Assembly: GCF_009834535.1 (NCBI RefSeq)
Contig: NC_045697.1
Location: 34,350,001-34,414,000 of the forward strand
DNA from: Camelus ferus
Lineage: Eukaryota
Direction: 5' to 3'
DNA length: 64,000 bases
Part shown: in pieces, positions 13,791 through 27,032 of the stretch
Layout: every line of letters starts with the position of its first letter
Position numbering within the stretch: the first letter of the stretch is position 1
Made by a program: the position numbers and the translations under genes
The notes under the pieces: generated by a model
The model's input: only the letters and a program-made list of their open reading frames with translations
Databases searched by the model: none
What the model was told of the DNA's origin: nothing

Positions 13791-16700
13791 AAGGGCAGTG
13801 GGGTAACAAAAAAAATGTGCTTTTTAGCACTTTGGTGCTTTCTCTGGGGGGAGCACACAGTGTTATTAAGTTCTGCCTACAGGTTGTCTCAGGGCCAAAA
13901 AACGATGTCCACTCTTGAAGATACAGGAGCTTGGGGATAGAGGATCACTAACACCAGGAATAGATTTATACATAATCTAAAAATGAAGCCATCATATCTG
14001 CCTGTCCCTCTAATTCCATCACTAAAATGTGCCTTCAGAAGAAGTATCTACCTTCTAAGGTGAGAAATCCTTCTCAATCTCTTCGTCCTCTCCATCATCA
14101 TCTACTAGACATCTATTAAACATGGGCACTCACTCTAGTCACTTGTAATAGCACTGGTGCTCAAGGCCATCAGAGCTACCTAAGAAGCCGGGGGGGAGGG
14201 GGGTCATCAAAGACCTAAAACGTGAGAAATAGGTGAAAGAAGTGAGACCTGCAGCCACAATGAGGTCATAACAGCCCCGCATGGAGGTGCAGTGGGTGTG
14301 GGTCTAACTCCATCACACTGCAGGGTAAGAAATGCCACATCACATTATTTTTCTAAATCATATTAATTCACGCTTCTCCGCTCAAAAAGGTGAAAAGTCT
14401 CAGCCATTTTGGGGGGTGGGAGAGCTCTCCCTCCTTCGAGTGGTACCAGGGTCCAAGGGAAGAACTGAGGGAGGGGCTTAGCTTTCAGTCTTCAGAGAAT
14501 GGCTGAGGGGCTCATGGTTCTAAGCCCTAAGGGTTTACGGTAGACAGAACGTTCCATTATGCCTGTGCCACACCAGGGTCATGCCAGGGCCCTGGTCCCC
14601 AACATCAACTTTCCTGCCTGCCCCACGCGGCCATTCCTCTCTGAGGCCCTGCCTTTTCCCCCAAGCAAATAAGGGCTCACCAGTCCTTGCTACAGGAAGG
14701 ACATGCCAACACCTAGTCAGTCCCCTTCTGAGCCTTGGGGGACGTCTCCTACACCCTCTGTTTCCACCTCTACCCCTCCAAACACTTCCCCCACGCTGCC
14801 CCACTCTGGGTGATCACACAGTCTCTGCTCAATCCTTCTCTCCCTTTCCTGAGAATGCAGACGATAATGCACATCCTTTATGTTTTCTTAGTAAATTGCT
14901 TCAGTACACAGATTTTTCCTTCTTTGCCAAGAGAGCAAAGGACCCTATTAGCACCTCTCAACTTATACATCTTTGTTCCAAGGTAGTACATGGTAGGCAG
15001 TCAGTAGTATCTGTTGAATAAATGCACTTAAAGAGCTCTTGACCTAGACATTCTAAAAACACAAGTGCCACCGTGACTTCTTCTTTTACTATCTGTGGTG
15101 ACCATCTTGCTGCAAAGGCAAGGTAAAACCAGTCCCCTCAATACAGTGCAACTCTTTAGTTCCAAGACCCTCTGTGCCTATTACAGAACATGTTTTAATG
15201 AGTGAGAAACCATCTCTGTCAAACTGATGTTCAAAACAAGTCCAAAACAACTCCCCCCAATTAAATGTCCTCAAGACTAAATTACTCCTGGACTCATTTT
15301 TTTTTCCCTTCTGAAATAAAGCTATGCTTTCATTCAGTGGAAACCTTGCCAACCGGTCCAGCTTAAATTTCTGAAAATTAGAGCTAAGTAGACTTATTGC
15401 CTATCCAACAGCATGATGGAAGATCTATCATGCTATAGAAAAATCAGCCATTGTCAAATTATCTAAAAATCATTAGCAGGAAACAAGAATAGAGGTGCAC
15501 CTGGTGGTACTCAGAAAGGAGGGAGAGTGGAAATAGAGTTCAGAAAGCAGTTCCATGTCATCGTTCAACATCGCAAGTGAAGTCACAAATAAAATAGAGT
15601 TAGACAAAACCCTGCTCAGTAGATTTTAAATCTAATTAGACAGGGGAGAGAGTAAAGAAAGCGCAGGGTGAAAAGCAGGAAGTCAAGCTTTATGATCAGA
15701 GACGCCAGAAACAGACTGCCGAGCAGAAGTCTAAGGGAGGGCTCTGTATTCATTCAACAGGACGGCGGCGGGTAGCAGGGATTAAAGAGAGAAAATGAGA
15801 AAGAACAACTTCCAAACAGGGATTGTCTGATTAAAAGAATATACTAGTTTACTCCCTCAAGTTTTAGTGTCTAAAAGTCTTAAATAGGATTCTGAAGCAG
15901 TTTTGTCAAAAATCATTGGAAAATAAGATGTATGCCAGGACTCTGTCATTTATCATTTCCTGCAAACAAGTGCAATAACATAACTTTACGTTTCTAAAGA
16001 ACATGGGCAATTTAGAAACTACATGTTTATAGTTGACCCTCTTGACAGGGGTTATTATCAGCTAGCAGAGATTTCCAAATTCCAAGATAATTACTCAAAC
16101 ATTTAGGTTTCTGAGGGGAGTGCTACTTTTTGAATTTGCTTTAGGAAATAAAAACTTTACTTTCTAAACAAGTAATTCTTATTTACTGGTAGTTTAAAAT
16201 ATTTTTGAGATTTCCTCTAAACATAAGGTTGTCTCAAATGAAATTTTGTGATTATTCACTATGAATCATGAAATCATAATGACGGTACATTAGACACACT
16301 ACCTTTGACAAATTTCAAACGAGTGTTGGATGTTTTCTATAAAACAGTTAATGTATACATATAAACCTAAGAAATAAAGTAGATATATATGATTTGGAAA
16401 GAAAAAATAAGTCTCTTGCATGCATAGGGCAGTATCTAAGAAGTTACAAATATTAACATTTTTTCAGACCTTTATTAAATGTGTAACTCAGCCACAACAT
16501 CTATGGAAAGACTTAGAAGTAAGATGAACAAAGAAAAATAATCAGTTTGAAGAGCCATCCCATGATATTTTTCTTGTTTGTTGGGCATACAAATTGGACT
16601 GATATCACTTTACAAGTTCATAGTTTGTGAATTTCATCTTTTACTTTTCATCCCAGTTTCTTTTATTTTCATCCATTTTGTGTATTGACAATCTAGGAGC

Positions 16701-19149
16701 TAGAAAAAGTTGTCTGTGACTTTGCAATATTGTGTAGCCTGAGACTCAGAAGTAGAATAAACTTATAAATCTAGTATTCACTATGAAAAGATCTTTGAAA
16801 AAATATCTTTCAAGAACAGATTACAATTCTACCCTAATGTCTAAAAATACGCTTCCAATCACTTGAAGGCTGTACTGTATCACTTGCCCACCTACTCCCT
16901 ATTGTTAATTACCGTAACAGAGTATGCCAAAACATTATCTTCCTTAAAAATTCATTGAATCTTTAGGATACTGCAGGATCTCACCTTCCAGATCAGATCG
17001 CCAGTAGCCGGATGCCAAGATTCTGAAGCCCTAGTTTAGAGCTCTGCCAGAGACACTGATTCGCCATCCTCTTAACTGATCACAACAAACCTCATTTGCT
17101 TGCCCCCACACAGGAGACCACGGGGACAGCACAAATTCCACTGGCTGGGTCAAGGCAGAGTTGGGAAAACCTAGATACTCCTGGTGACCTGATTCTTCAA
17201 GCTTAAACCACCCCCAAAATAATCAGGTAACTTCAATTCTAAGCGCTGTTATGAAAAGAACAGAGGTTAATGGTGGGAAAATCAGTTCATTCTAATATCC
17301 ATACTGATATTGACTGGATCTCCAGACAAGAGAAATAATTATTCACAATAATGACCCTGAGACACCAAAATCAAAGTCAGTTTGTGGAAAAAGTAGAGAT
17401 TTGGATTTAAATGATCTTTGCTGCTCTGAGGAAGTTATGTAACCTTGTGGGGCTTCAGTTTCCTTATCTGAATTCCACCTGCTTTATAATTGTCTTTGCG
17501 TATGTATTAATCAGTAACGGAGGTGAAGCACCTGGCACTGAATTGAGTCAAGCCCACCGTGTTCTGCTGGCAAAGACTGGGAAGTGTGTGATTCACTTCT
17601 GAAAAATAGCCATCACAGAGTGTTGAAAAATGCCTTGTGCTCAAAAGGTTAACCTGCAAATAACTAGAGCATCCTGCACTCTAACCTTGTAGCACCAGAG
17701 GCTGAGGGTGACTAGATTCTTTGTAACAATCAAGATAACTGGAAAAGAACATTGTCTGAAGCGACCAACACAGGGATAGAATTCCTAACTTTTCTTTGGC
17801 TCCTAGACAAAATAGGAAGTCAATTGCTCCAGGAAAGCTGACTTTAACTGTTAAATCGTTTGTGTTCTGTTAAATGATTTACAGGCTGGTGGAACCCAGA
17901 AGACCCTGAATTCTCTCTCCCATGCTCCCTCCACTTTTCTACCCTGTGTGCCCGTCACAGCACAGCTACATAAAATCTCTCCTGGTATCCCTGGTTACCA
18001 GTATTAGATATAACAAAGGCACACAGGCGAAACCTGACATGGAAAAACAAACCTTCCCTAAAACTAAATAGAAGCACGATTTAATTAACTTGCATTCCAG
18101 AGTCATGGCTGCCAACTTATTCAAACTAGAAGACTGGGGACACAGCACCCAAAGGCTCAGAGGGAGGGGAAAAGACTTACAATTTTTTCCAGAATCTTCA
18201 CAGGGTTCACAGATTCCTTTGTACTGGTAAACAGGAATAATGTCCCCTGGATACAAGATACAATGATCCAATGGGGGTGGGGTGGGTGTGGGGTGCAGAA
18301 TGAGCCGGAAGAGGAAGAGGAGAGAGGTGAAGAGAGGGGGACGCTTCAGGAAAGACACACGGGAACTAGAAACGAATGGCAAATAATCTGGCATCAAGGG
18401 CAGCCCTGAGTCGGTAGGGAAAGGTCTACTTGATCCCTGAAAGGAGGGAAGGCATTGCTGCAGACAATGGAAAGTCAAAACCTAAGTGCCTATTTCTCAA
18501 TACTACAATTTGAGCAATGACATATTCTCATCTGAAAATACTCTACCGATCAACCGTCTGTGCTTAAGTTAATCCTGGGAGTCTTTACAGCATGAGGGCT
18601 GGCCAATGGTGAATGAGTGGGCTGGAGGACTGAGTAACCCGGGGAAAAGGTCCATTTTTCTCCCACTTGCCAAAAGGATCAGGAACATGCAATTTCCGAG
18701 CAGGAGCACAAGATGGCAGCCACATGCAGCCCATAGACCCCGTGCGGTGCCACAGGAAAGAACTCAGCTTGAGCCCCTCGCCACCAGAGAGCTTGTGGAG
18801 ATGCACAGGGAATTCCAGCGGGGACATTTCTCTCTTCTAAAGGGCATCCTTTGCTTGTGTCTGTACTGGGTAATTTTGAAATCATGAAATCGCACTTCTG
18901 CCAAGTATTAACTACAGAGAAATAAAAAGACCTTCCCAACTGATGCCTACTCATATCTTTTGCACATTTTCCTACTGATTTTCTGCCTTCCTAATTTGTT
19001 GGAGCTCCTTTGGTTACAATTATTTTTCTCCCTAGGCCATCATTTATTTGTTTAAATTTAAATTCATAGTCTCTCTAGCTACATAAAAGCTTTACATACA
19101 TGTGAGGTCAACAGTACCAGTCTTTAGGGTTTATGTCTTTATAAACCAC

Positions 19150-19270
19150 AGCTGTATGTGTCATAGAACAGAAACTCCAGGAGGGCAGGGTTTTTTGTCT
19201 GTTTTGTTCCCTGCTGCAGATGTAGGACTAGAAGACTGAGGGACATACAGTGTGGGCTAAACAAATTCTG
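19150..19270 (+). mobile_element. L2 3' end
   Basis: aaactccaggagggcagggttttttgtctgttttgttc...ctagaagactg. Confidence 0.75.
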
Positions 19271-19627
19271 CACCCAACCCAAAGCCTTTCTAGAGCAGAT
19301 GGAAAACACTGTGGCCAAAATTAAGACATATATTCCAGCCAAGATAGGCCAAAAATAGGCCACAGAGATGGGGAATCAGGTCAGATTTCCTAACAGTCAA
19401 AAACTGGTATTGACATGGCCGTAAGGAGCGGGCTGCACAGACTGACTGACTGACTGACTTTTGTTAAAATAAGAAAACTTCTCAGAGGGCTGAAATGGTC
19501 AAAATAGGAAATACACAGCCTAATCTGTATTTAATAGACTAGGATAAAAGACCCCTTGAGATGCTTTCCATATTTCAGTTTCGGTGAAACTTCCAAAGCG
19601 AAGAAATTTGCCAGTACCTTTATTAAC

Positions 19628-19647
19628 GCGACCACCAGAGGGAGACC
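19628..19647 (+). promoter_or_regulatory. Candidate CTCF site
   Basis: gcgaCCACCAGAGGGAGACc closely matches the CTCF core CCASYAGRKGGCRC and lies in non-repeat, locally CpG-retaining DNA. Confidence 0.5.
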
Positions 19648-20869
19648 ACGTCATGAAGCAAAGCCCGGAGCCCACCCGCTAGCTGTGGAAAGCACCCCGG
19701 TGTGATAGTGTTTGAAAACAACTGCATTTATGTGTTTTCACCAATTATGTTAAAATAAAATCACATGAAAAAATCATTTTGCATTTCAAATACAGACACA
19801 AAAATATGAATTCTCATAAACCGATGCTTTATGGAGCACTCAAAGTACTTGGGGCAGTCACTTCAGAATTGACATTTTTCCATTTTCCTAACAACCAATA
19901 ATTTCAGAAACCTGGTTTTTACTCAGCCAGTTTTATTTCAAGTGGCTTTACCTACACCCTTAGAATGGTAATTTGTACCTAATGTGATTTTTGTGGAACG
20001 GAAATGAATTTTTCAGCAGGTGATCTCAGTACCAGATAATCTCATTACAAATGCCTGTTAGAAGGTCTCACGTTGAAATGAAGCTCTTCACAGCTGTAGA
20101 AAAGTTCTTCAGAAATGTCAGTATCATAAGCTCCAAACTTCTCTGCTCTAAGAACCCTGAAGAAAACTGCCCATTTTTCTCCGCAACTATCTTTCTTAGA
20201 AAATTTTGACAAGCCATTCCAGGGCCGTTTACAAGTAGACAGAAAAGGAGGCCAACTCCTATGTAAAATTTGGCTTGATTTGAAAGGCTCCTGGGAGATC
20301 CCCCTGCCTAAAATACTTCCCAGCTGATATTCCTCAGTTTGGATTTTACTCGTTTAACTTAAGCCAAAAGCCCTCAATTAAAAGGCAGTTCCTGGAGACT
20401 CCTCATTTTCTCAACCAGTCAAAAATTCTGGAGGCCGTCTGTGGAAGGCGGGTGTTGGTCAGGGCAGAAATCATAAGGCTTTACAGAGACTGACACAAGT
20501 CATTATCAGTGATTAATACCTCCAAAGACAGTACTTTATATATGTATATATCTTTTTTATCTTTTAAAAATATATATTGAAAATTAGTGTAAAAAAATTA
20601 CGAAAGGGTGGAATCTAAAGAGTGGGGCCCCAGCAAGGACACAACTGGGTAAAGACCTCGGAGGACCAAGGGTCAACATGGGAGCAGCAGGGGCCACAGA
20701 AGGGGGTACACTGAACTACATGGGAATCAGAGAGGGGGAAGTCCTTTCTTGCTAGAAATTCCACCCAGGGTCAGACATCTGTGACTTTGGTCAAGCTAAT
20801 ACTTATCCACCACTTTCTACTTATCAGACCATGTCTTAAAGGCTTGACCTTCATTTTTCCTAAGAACAC

Positions 20870-21010
20870 AGCTATACGGTAATAACCTCATTTATCAGAG
20901 GATGAAACCAAGGCTTGGAAATGTTGAGAACTTCCCTCCTTCCACAGCTAATAAGTAGCAGAGCTACTTACGAAAACCCAAGCAGTTTGATTCCAGAACT
21001 CATGAGTTAA
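20870..21010 (-). mobile_element. MIR SINE
   Basis: cagaggatgaaaccaaggcttggaaatgttgagaacttcc...cacagctaataagtagcagagc. Confidence 0.8.
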
Positions 21011-21021
21011 GTATAAACACT

Positions 21022-21532
21022 CCATTCATTTCCTAATGCTGTTGTAAAAAATGATCACCGACTGGGTGGCTTAAAACAGAAATTTATTCTCTCACAAGTT
21101 TGTAGGTCAGAAGTCTGACGTGGTTCCCCCTGGGCTAAAATCAAGATGCTGGCAAGTGTGTGTTCCCTTCAGGAGGCTCTGAGGGAGAATCTGTTTCTTT
21201 GCCTCTTCCAGCTTCTAGGGGCAGGCCCCCCTTCCTTGGCTTGTGGCCTCCTTCCTCCATGTCAAAAGCCAACAACACAGCATCTCTCTAATCCTGCATC
21301 TGAGTCACATCTCTCTCTGACTCTCCTATCTCCCTCTTCCATTGTTAAAGACTCTTGTGATTATATTGGGGCCACCCAGAAAATCCAGGAGAATCTATTT
21401 TAAGGTCAGATGAGTAGCACCCTTACTTCCACCTTCAGCTTTAATTCCCTACTGCCATGCAACCCAATACATTCACAAGTTCCATGGATTAGGATGTGGA
21501 CATCTTTGGGGGCCATTATTCTGCCTGCCACA
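21022..21532 (-). mobile_element. MaLR LTR (MLT1D-like)
   Basis: gggtggcttaaaacagaaatttattctctcac...gattaggatgtggacatctttgggggccattattctgcctgccaca. Confidence 0.9.
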
Positions 21533-22190
21533 GATGCCTTGATACCTTACTAATTTTTTGTTTGCCTCTTACATACAACCAGCCACCTGCAAATGACTGG
21601 CTCAAAGAGGTGTGCCCTTTCTCCCACCTGCTGACTGCCCTCCTCTTCCCTCTTCCTGTTCCCTGGGTCAGAGATGCTGTGATCTGGGATCTCCCTCTAG
21701 TCACGGTTCTTGGTTCCAGGCAGATTCAGTCAATTCTATGGCAGGAGGAGCCCCAGGTGGCAGGTGTAAGATCCTGGCTGTGTAAGATCTCTAGGGGAAA
21801 ACTGCAGTTTCATTCTACTCCTGTAATAAGAGCGTTCAAAAGACTCAGGAATGGTACTCTAAAATGTAAATGAACCTGATATCAGGTCTCTTGCAACCTA
21901 GAGCCATCAGCGCTTCTGTAGCCATCAGATACATGTGCTTCAGGCTTTCCCAGGAGGCAACAGCCGAGCAAAGGAACAGATGAGGACAGATGCCTGAGAA
22001 GCTTGACCTTGACTTCCCGGTCTTTCTCCTTCATCATTAGTAACCAAAAGCCTTTTTAAAATCCTCCAAAGAGCTGCACGTGTGAGGGCCAGAAAGCAGC
22101 TATGGGACTTCATGCTCTTCCGTGGCAGGCATAGAAAAAGCAGCCAAGAGGTGGCTGCACCACGCTGAGCCAATAGACTGGTGCCCCAGC

Positions 22191-23745
22191 CAGGACCAGC
22201 TACACAATTTGTAGGGCTCAGTGGGAAATGGTGATGTGGGACCCCTCGTAGGAAATAAAAAAGTGCTTTAAAATACTTAAATAAAAATATTTTAAAGGAA
22301 AAAAATGTTTAATCACTTAGAAAACGTAACAGTCATAGTGATATATGAGGAACAACATAAACATAAATTGCACAAAAAATATTTTGTGTCATAATTCAAG
22401 AAATAACAATACAATATTAATGTGATTTTTCTAGCTCACTTTTCTGCAAATTCATTTGTTAATTCGCCAGAATGTATACTTTTACCAAGGTTATTTTCAA
22501 TCTATCTAATGGAAGTTGGTATCAGTAGCTTACCCCAAAAGCAAGATTGCAAACAATTTTTGTTAATTTCTAATTTTGACAAGGATCTTTTTTTCTGATG
22601 CAACTTTTCTTGTTGCTGTTCAGAGTTATTTTATAGGCCATGACAACATTGGGAGAGATTTCTGATTAAGTATTTTGAAATACAAATTTTAGTATATATC
22701 TAGAGCTAATGATTCTCATGGAGCAATTTTAATAAGATTTAACTCTTCACATGAATGAGTTTCTGTAATCCTGAATTTCATTTTAAACGTAAATTTATAC
22801 ACTAGCATTTTAATGCTTCTTCTGAGATTTCCCGTAAATCATGGAGATGATACAAGAAATCAGAAGTGCCCCCCAAATTTGTTTACAATTCAAAATGCCT
22901 GTTTTCACGTTCTATAGATGTATTGTCAATTTTAAGGAAAATTTTCATTTTATATTATCTTCCTTATTAATAAATGGTTCACCCAAAGTTCACTTTAAAA
23001 CAGCACTTTTTTCCCCATTGACTATGGTTAACTGTAATTTCTGTTTCTAAGCCTGTGGATATTCATTCGGCAGTGTTGCAACATTCAAAGCCAAGGATTC
23101 TAAAACCCAGGAAGAATCCTAATAACTCCCTGATAAATGCTTTATGGCAATGTTCAGGCATTTGCTTTTATTGCATAATAATTTACTAACAAAGTCTGCT
23201 GCCTGAACACCAGTAGGTCCTGTCTCAAGGTTCAGACTGGAGAGTTAATACTTGTGCAGATGCCACAGGGACAGGCTCCAGGGACCACTGACCAAGCTGG
23301 CCTCCCACAGGTCCTCATGTGGAAGTCTCCTCTTCCCCGGGGCCACACCCACCACTGCCACCCTCAAAACCTACTTCTGCTGCTGCTTCTGCTGCTATGG
23401 CACCATCATGGCTACCGATCTGGGCCCAGGTTCTGACGAGGCCACCTGGGGCCCGACGGTGTCCTCAGGCACATGCTTCAGGCCACCAGGCCAATTGCTC
23501 ATCACCCACACCATGCAACCATCACACCATTTGGCACGTGCACGAGTGTGCACATGCTACCACCTAGCACATCTCTGCCACTCGCACACATGCTCCATTG
23601 TCTCATCAAACCTCACTTATACAAGTATAAAGATAAAGCCATTAAGAATTTCAAGACAGTGAAAGCAGAGTATTAAGCCAAGCCTGGAACCCTTCTAAGC
23701 ACAAGATCCTGTGCCTCTGCTCAGACTGCCAGCCCATCAGAAAGG
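22191..23745 (+). mobile_element. hAT-Tip100 DNA transposon (MER45R-like, about 1.55 kb) with transposase remnant
   Basis: MER45-type ends: caggaccagctacacaatttgtagggctcagtg and attaagaatttcaagacagtgaaagcagagtattaagccaag. A frameshifted hAT C-terminal dimerisation motif lies on the minus strand at about 22540-22670. Confidence 0.82.
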
Positions 23746-23919
23746 CAGGGAGGGTGAGACGGAAATGAGAACCTGTGACGAGTCCTTGTGAGAAGTTACA
23801 ACAGCAGGGGTCCCAGCATCCCCCTGCTCCTCCACCCACATCTCTTCTGCCACATTCACCAAATTCCATCCTGTTAGAGTCAATGTCTAGACATGGGACT
23901 CACCACGGCAACACAGCAG

Positions 23920-24385
23920 ATGCCATAGCTGGCTGTCCATTCTAATGCACTCTCCATCTCTTTCACAGTAATGGAGCTTAAGGTGTACCCAAGATTGCAG
24001 AGCTAAAGACGACATTTCCCAGCCCCACATTACTAAGTTCTCCACAACAGAATATAAGCAGATTCTTCTTCCACTTTGCCTGCTTTACAAGGGACTTGCT
24101 GCCATGTACTTCCGCTCTTTGCCCTCCCACAAGCTGGAGCACAGACACAGGGCTCAGCCAGCTTCAATCGCTTAGATAAGGACCATACGATCTAGAAGTT
24201 GATGATGCAAAAAAATGGATGGAATCCACGTCTTTAGATGACTTCATAGGGAAAGACTGACTTGGCAAACTGGGAAATTCATCTTGGATCTATTGCTTAA
24301 CAGAGGAATTAAATGTTATTTTATTTAAGCCACTGTATTTCAAGGTCTCTTCTGTTACAGCTGATTCATTATTCTCTAACTAGCA
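23920..24385 (+). mobile_element. Old MaLR LTR (MLT1J/K-like)
   Basis: gctaaagacgacatttcccagcc...tttaagccactgtatttcaaggtctcttctgttacagc...ctaacta. Confidence 0.7.
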
Positions 24386-24699
24386 TGAATGGTTTGAATT
24401 GGAAGAGGTTTCATTCCCATCGTCCATCTGTCCATAAAGAAGATCTAAGAATAAAATGGAATGAAAGTTAGGACCCCAGGAAGAAGGTGGGCACATCATA
24501 TTCCCATGAGGACTCTGGATGTACCTCTGGACAGAGACAGTGATTTACACATGTCGGCTGTGAGTCAGACTTTGGTAACCCAGCCCAGCCTACAGATGTA
24601 CTCACAACGTGGCTTCTGTGAGAAAATATCTTTCATGTTTGAAATAACTAATTTGCAGATACACCTTTGAAATACAGCCCAGTCATTGGCTGAAGGATG

Positions 24700-24830
24700 C
24701 CTGTAACTCTGCACCTACCTTTACAGAACTGTAGTGAAGATTAATTGGCATAATACATATGAACCATTAGGCACAGTAGCTGACATCAAGTGAGTGAGTG
24801 ATAAATTTCATTTCTTTATTATCACTGATA
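24700..24830 (+). mobile_element. MIR SINE 3' half
   Basis: acctaccttttacagaactgtagtgaagattaattggcataatacatatgaaccattaggcacagt. Confidence 0.8.
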
Positions 24831-26309
24831 TTATTAAATTGCCATCATAATATAGGCAGCCAAACAAAGAGGAAATTACCTGAAGGACGTGTACTGCCTC
24901 AGGCTGGTGGTATCAGCGGGTAACAGCCCTCTCTCCTCTGACCCCCACACAGAGAGGTAGGAGGGCTAAAAATTAGTTCAATGTTCCTAACTCTCTTAGC
25001 TTCCACAAGTAGTTCTAGTATGTTCTTCCAGAAATAAACTGCTTAAAATATTACCTAAAAGTGTGTGAGCTGTTAAAATATTCCCCAAAGCAGACCATTA
25101 GAAGTGATGGTTTGGAAAATCAACATAGAAGGATGTGTCTGTGCATCAGAAAGAAGAAGCCAAGAAGTGAGTCCAGGAGAGCAACATAAAAGCCACCACG
25201 TCCACCCCTCTCAACGCTGCAGGAGTCTGCAATAGAAGAAATAAGATTCCCTTCTGCAAGATTAATTTTATATCAAGAATACACAATGAATCCACGGTAA
25301 GTGTTTTTTAAAGCTTAAGAAGAAAATGGGCTTCTACTTTAAAAAAATAAAAAGACAAAAAGAAAAACAATAAAACCTTCTTGAAAGCTAGAGAATAAAA
25401 AGAGATAATGGAAAATCTTGAGACTTAATTAGGTATGGAGAAAATCTGGTAATAGATGGAACTGAGACATCAGACTTTTAATTACTCACTTATCTCTAGA
25501 GTGCTGTTTTCAGAGTGTGAACAATGAATAAGACAATAACCAAAACCAGAAAAGAGGGATGAAATAGATGAAAAATCTGGAGAAAGATTTCTTAAATAAT
25601 GTGGACTGGGCAGTTTGTCATTTGTTCAGCATTTTTAAGAATGGAAATATTCCACATAGAGAAAAATTCAAACCACCAAGGTATATCTGTTCAAGATTCC
25701 TAACAATTTTCATAATTTTATTAAAGTTCTGTGAAACAGACCATTTGTTCTCCCCCTTAAATTGAGAGCGCTAACTGTTCACATTACTATGCTGCCCCCG
25801 GGTCTTTATGATGGCAGCAAAAATTTCCCAGTGCTACAGGGAGGTTCCTGGGTGAATTTGTCCCTATGCTGAGCTTCCTATGACTGCTGCCTGCGCCATT
25901 TGGAATGCATCACTCTTCTCTGTTCCATGCTGTCCCAGTGGTCCCCACCTCCACTGGTCTAGAGACACCTGCAACAGTACTTCTATCCACCTCCATTTCC
26001 AACTTGTTTACCATTAGTTATAGATCAGGGAAACAACAACAACAAAAAAGGCAAGTTTTCAGAGTGATTTCAAAGCAAATGTGAACAGGCTCTGAATGAG
26101 GACCTTGGGAAATATTTTTAATGGCTGAGTGAACACCTACTTGGTTGTTAATCTTTTTTGTATTTTTACTTTTTAATCACTGGTTGTGTTCTGAATAATT
26201 TGGGTGGCAATCACTGAATAAGTGAGGTGCTACCATATATTCAAACGACTGTATTAAAATAGAGGTGGCATAGGAAAAGATAGTGTTGCTCTGTCTCCGT
26301 GGAAAGGGC

Positions 26310-26785
26310 ACAGAGCTTTACTGTTAGAAAGGACTGAGTTAGAGTCCCAGCCCTGCCTCTTATCAGTGGTGTGAACACTCACAGCCCCTGTGCAGAGGTA
26401 TTTTGAAGGTTAAAAGAGATAAGGTAAAGTGCCTGCCTCCAACCTTGGCACACAGAGAACTCACACAGGCAAGCTGTATTGTTATCTCTTAAGTCATGGC
26501 CCATGTGTGGAAAGTTGGATGTGTGTCTAATATGCTCCAAAGGGATTATGACAAACCCAAAATTCTATCTGTAAGGGGAAAAAAATCAACTTTAAATTAT
26601 TTTAGGTAAAACAGAATTAATTAGGTTTCTGGAATTTTAAAGTTGGAAGAGACTGGCAAACCGACAGTCCTGCCTCCTCATCATAAAGATGAGGAAACTC
26701 AGCTTGGCCAATGTCACAGAGCTAATGGGAATGTAGAGGCAGGACTTGAATCCAGGTTTTCTAATGTCTAATCCAACACTCTGAA
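26310..26785. mobile_element. Two MIR fragments (26310-26490 on +, 26670-26785 on -)
   Basis: ggactgagttagagtcccagccctgcctctta, and agatgaggaaactcagcttggccaatgtcacagagctaa...ggacttgaatccagg. Confidence 0.75.
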
Positions 26786-26807
26786 GCAAATAGGAACTGA
26801 CCTGGAA

Positions 26808-27032
26808 CAGAGGTTGGCAAACTTCTTCTATAAAGGGCCAGATAGTGAATTTTTTAGGCTTAGCAATGCACACAGTCTCTGTTACAACCCTTCAGCTATG
26901 CCACTGTAGAGCAAAAGCAGTCATAGGTAACACCTAAATGAAAGGGCATGGTGTGTCTCAATAAAACTTTATTTACAAAACAGGTGACAGGCTGCATTTG
27001 GCTCATGGACCAAGACGAATTTGCTGATCCTG
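26808..27032 (+). mobile_element. MER58A hAT-Charlie DNA transposon
   Basis: cagaggttggcaaac...aagggccagatagtgaat...aataaaactttatttacaaaacagg...tttgctgatcctg. 8-bp TSD acctggaa / atctggaa (7 of 8 match). Confidence 0.92.

Noticed and set aside
15410..15434. Small hairpin agcatgatgg-aagat-ctatcatgct
   Set aside because: Too short and imperfect to call an RNA gene.
17966..18478. 170-aa minus-strand ORF
   Set aside because: Non-ATG start, low-complexity Pro/Leu content from a purine tract, no corin or other homology, and no room for it in the in-frame exon junction.
23252..23676. Cluster of overlapping ORFs in GC-rich sequence
   Set aside because: It lies within the GC-rich subterminal part of the MER45-like transposon, where stop codons are scarce by composition.
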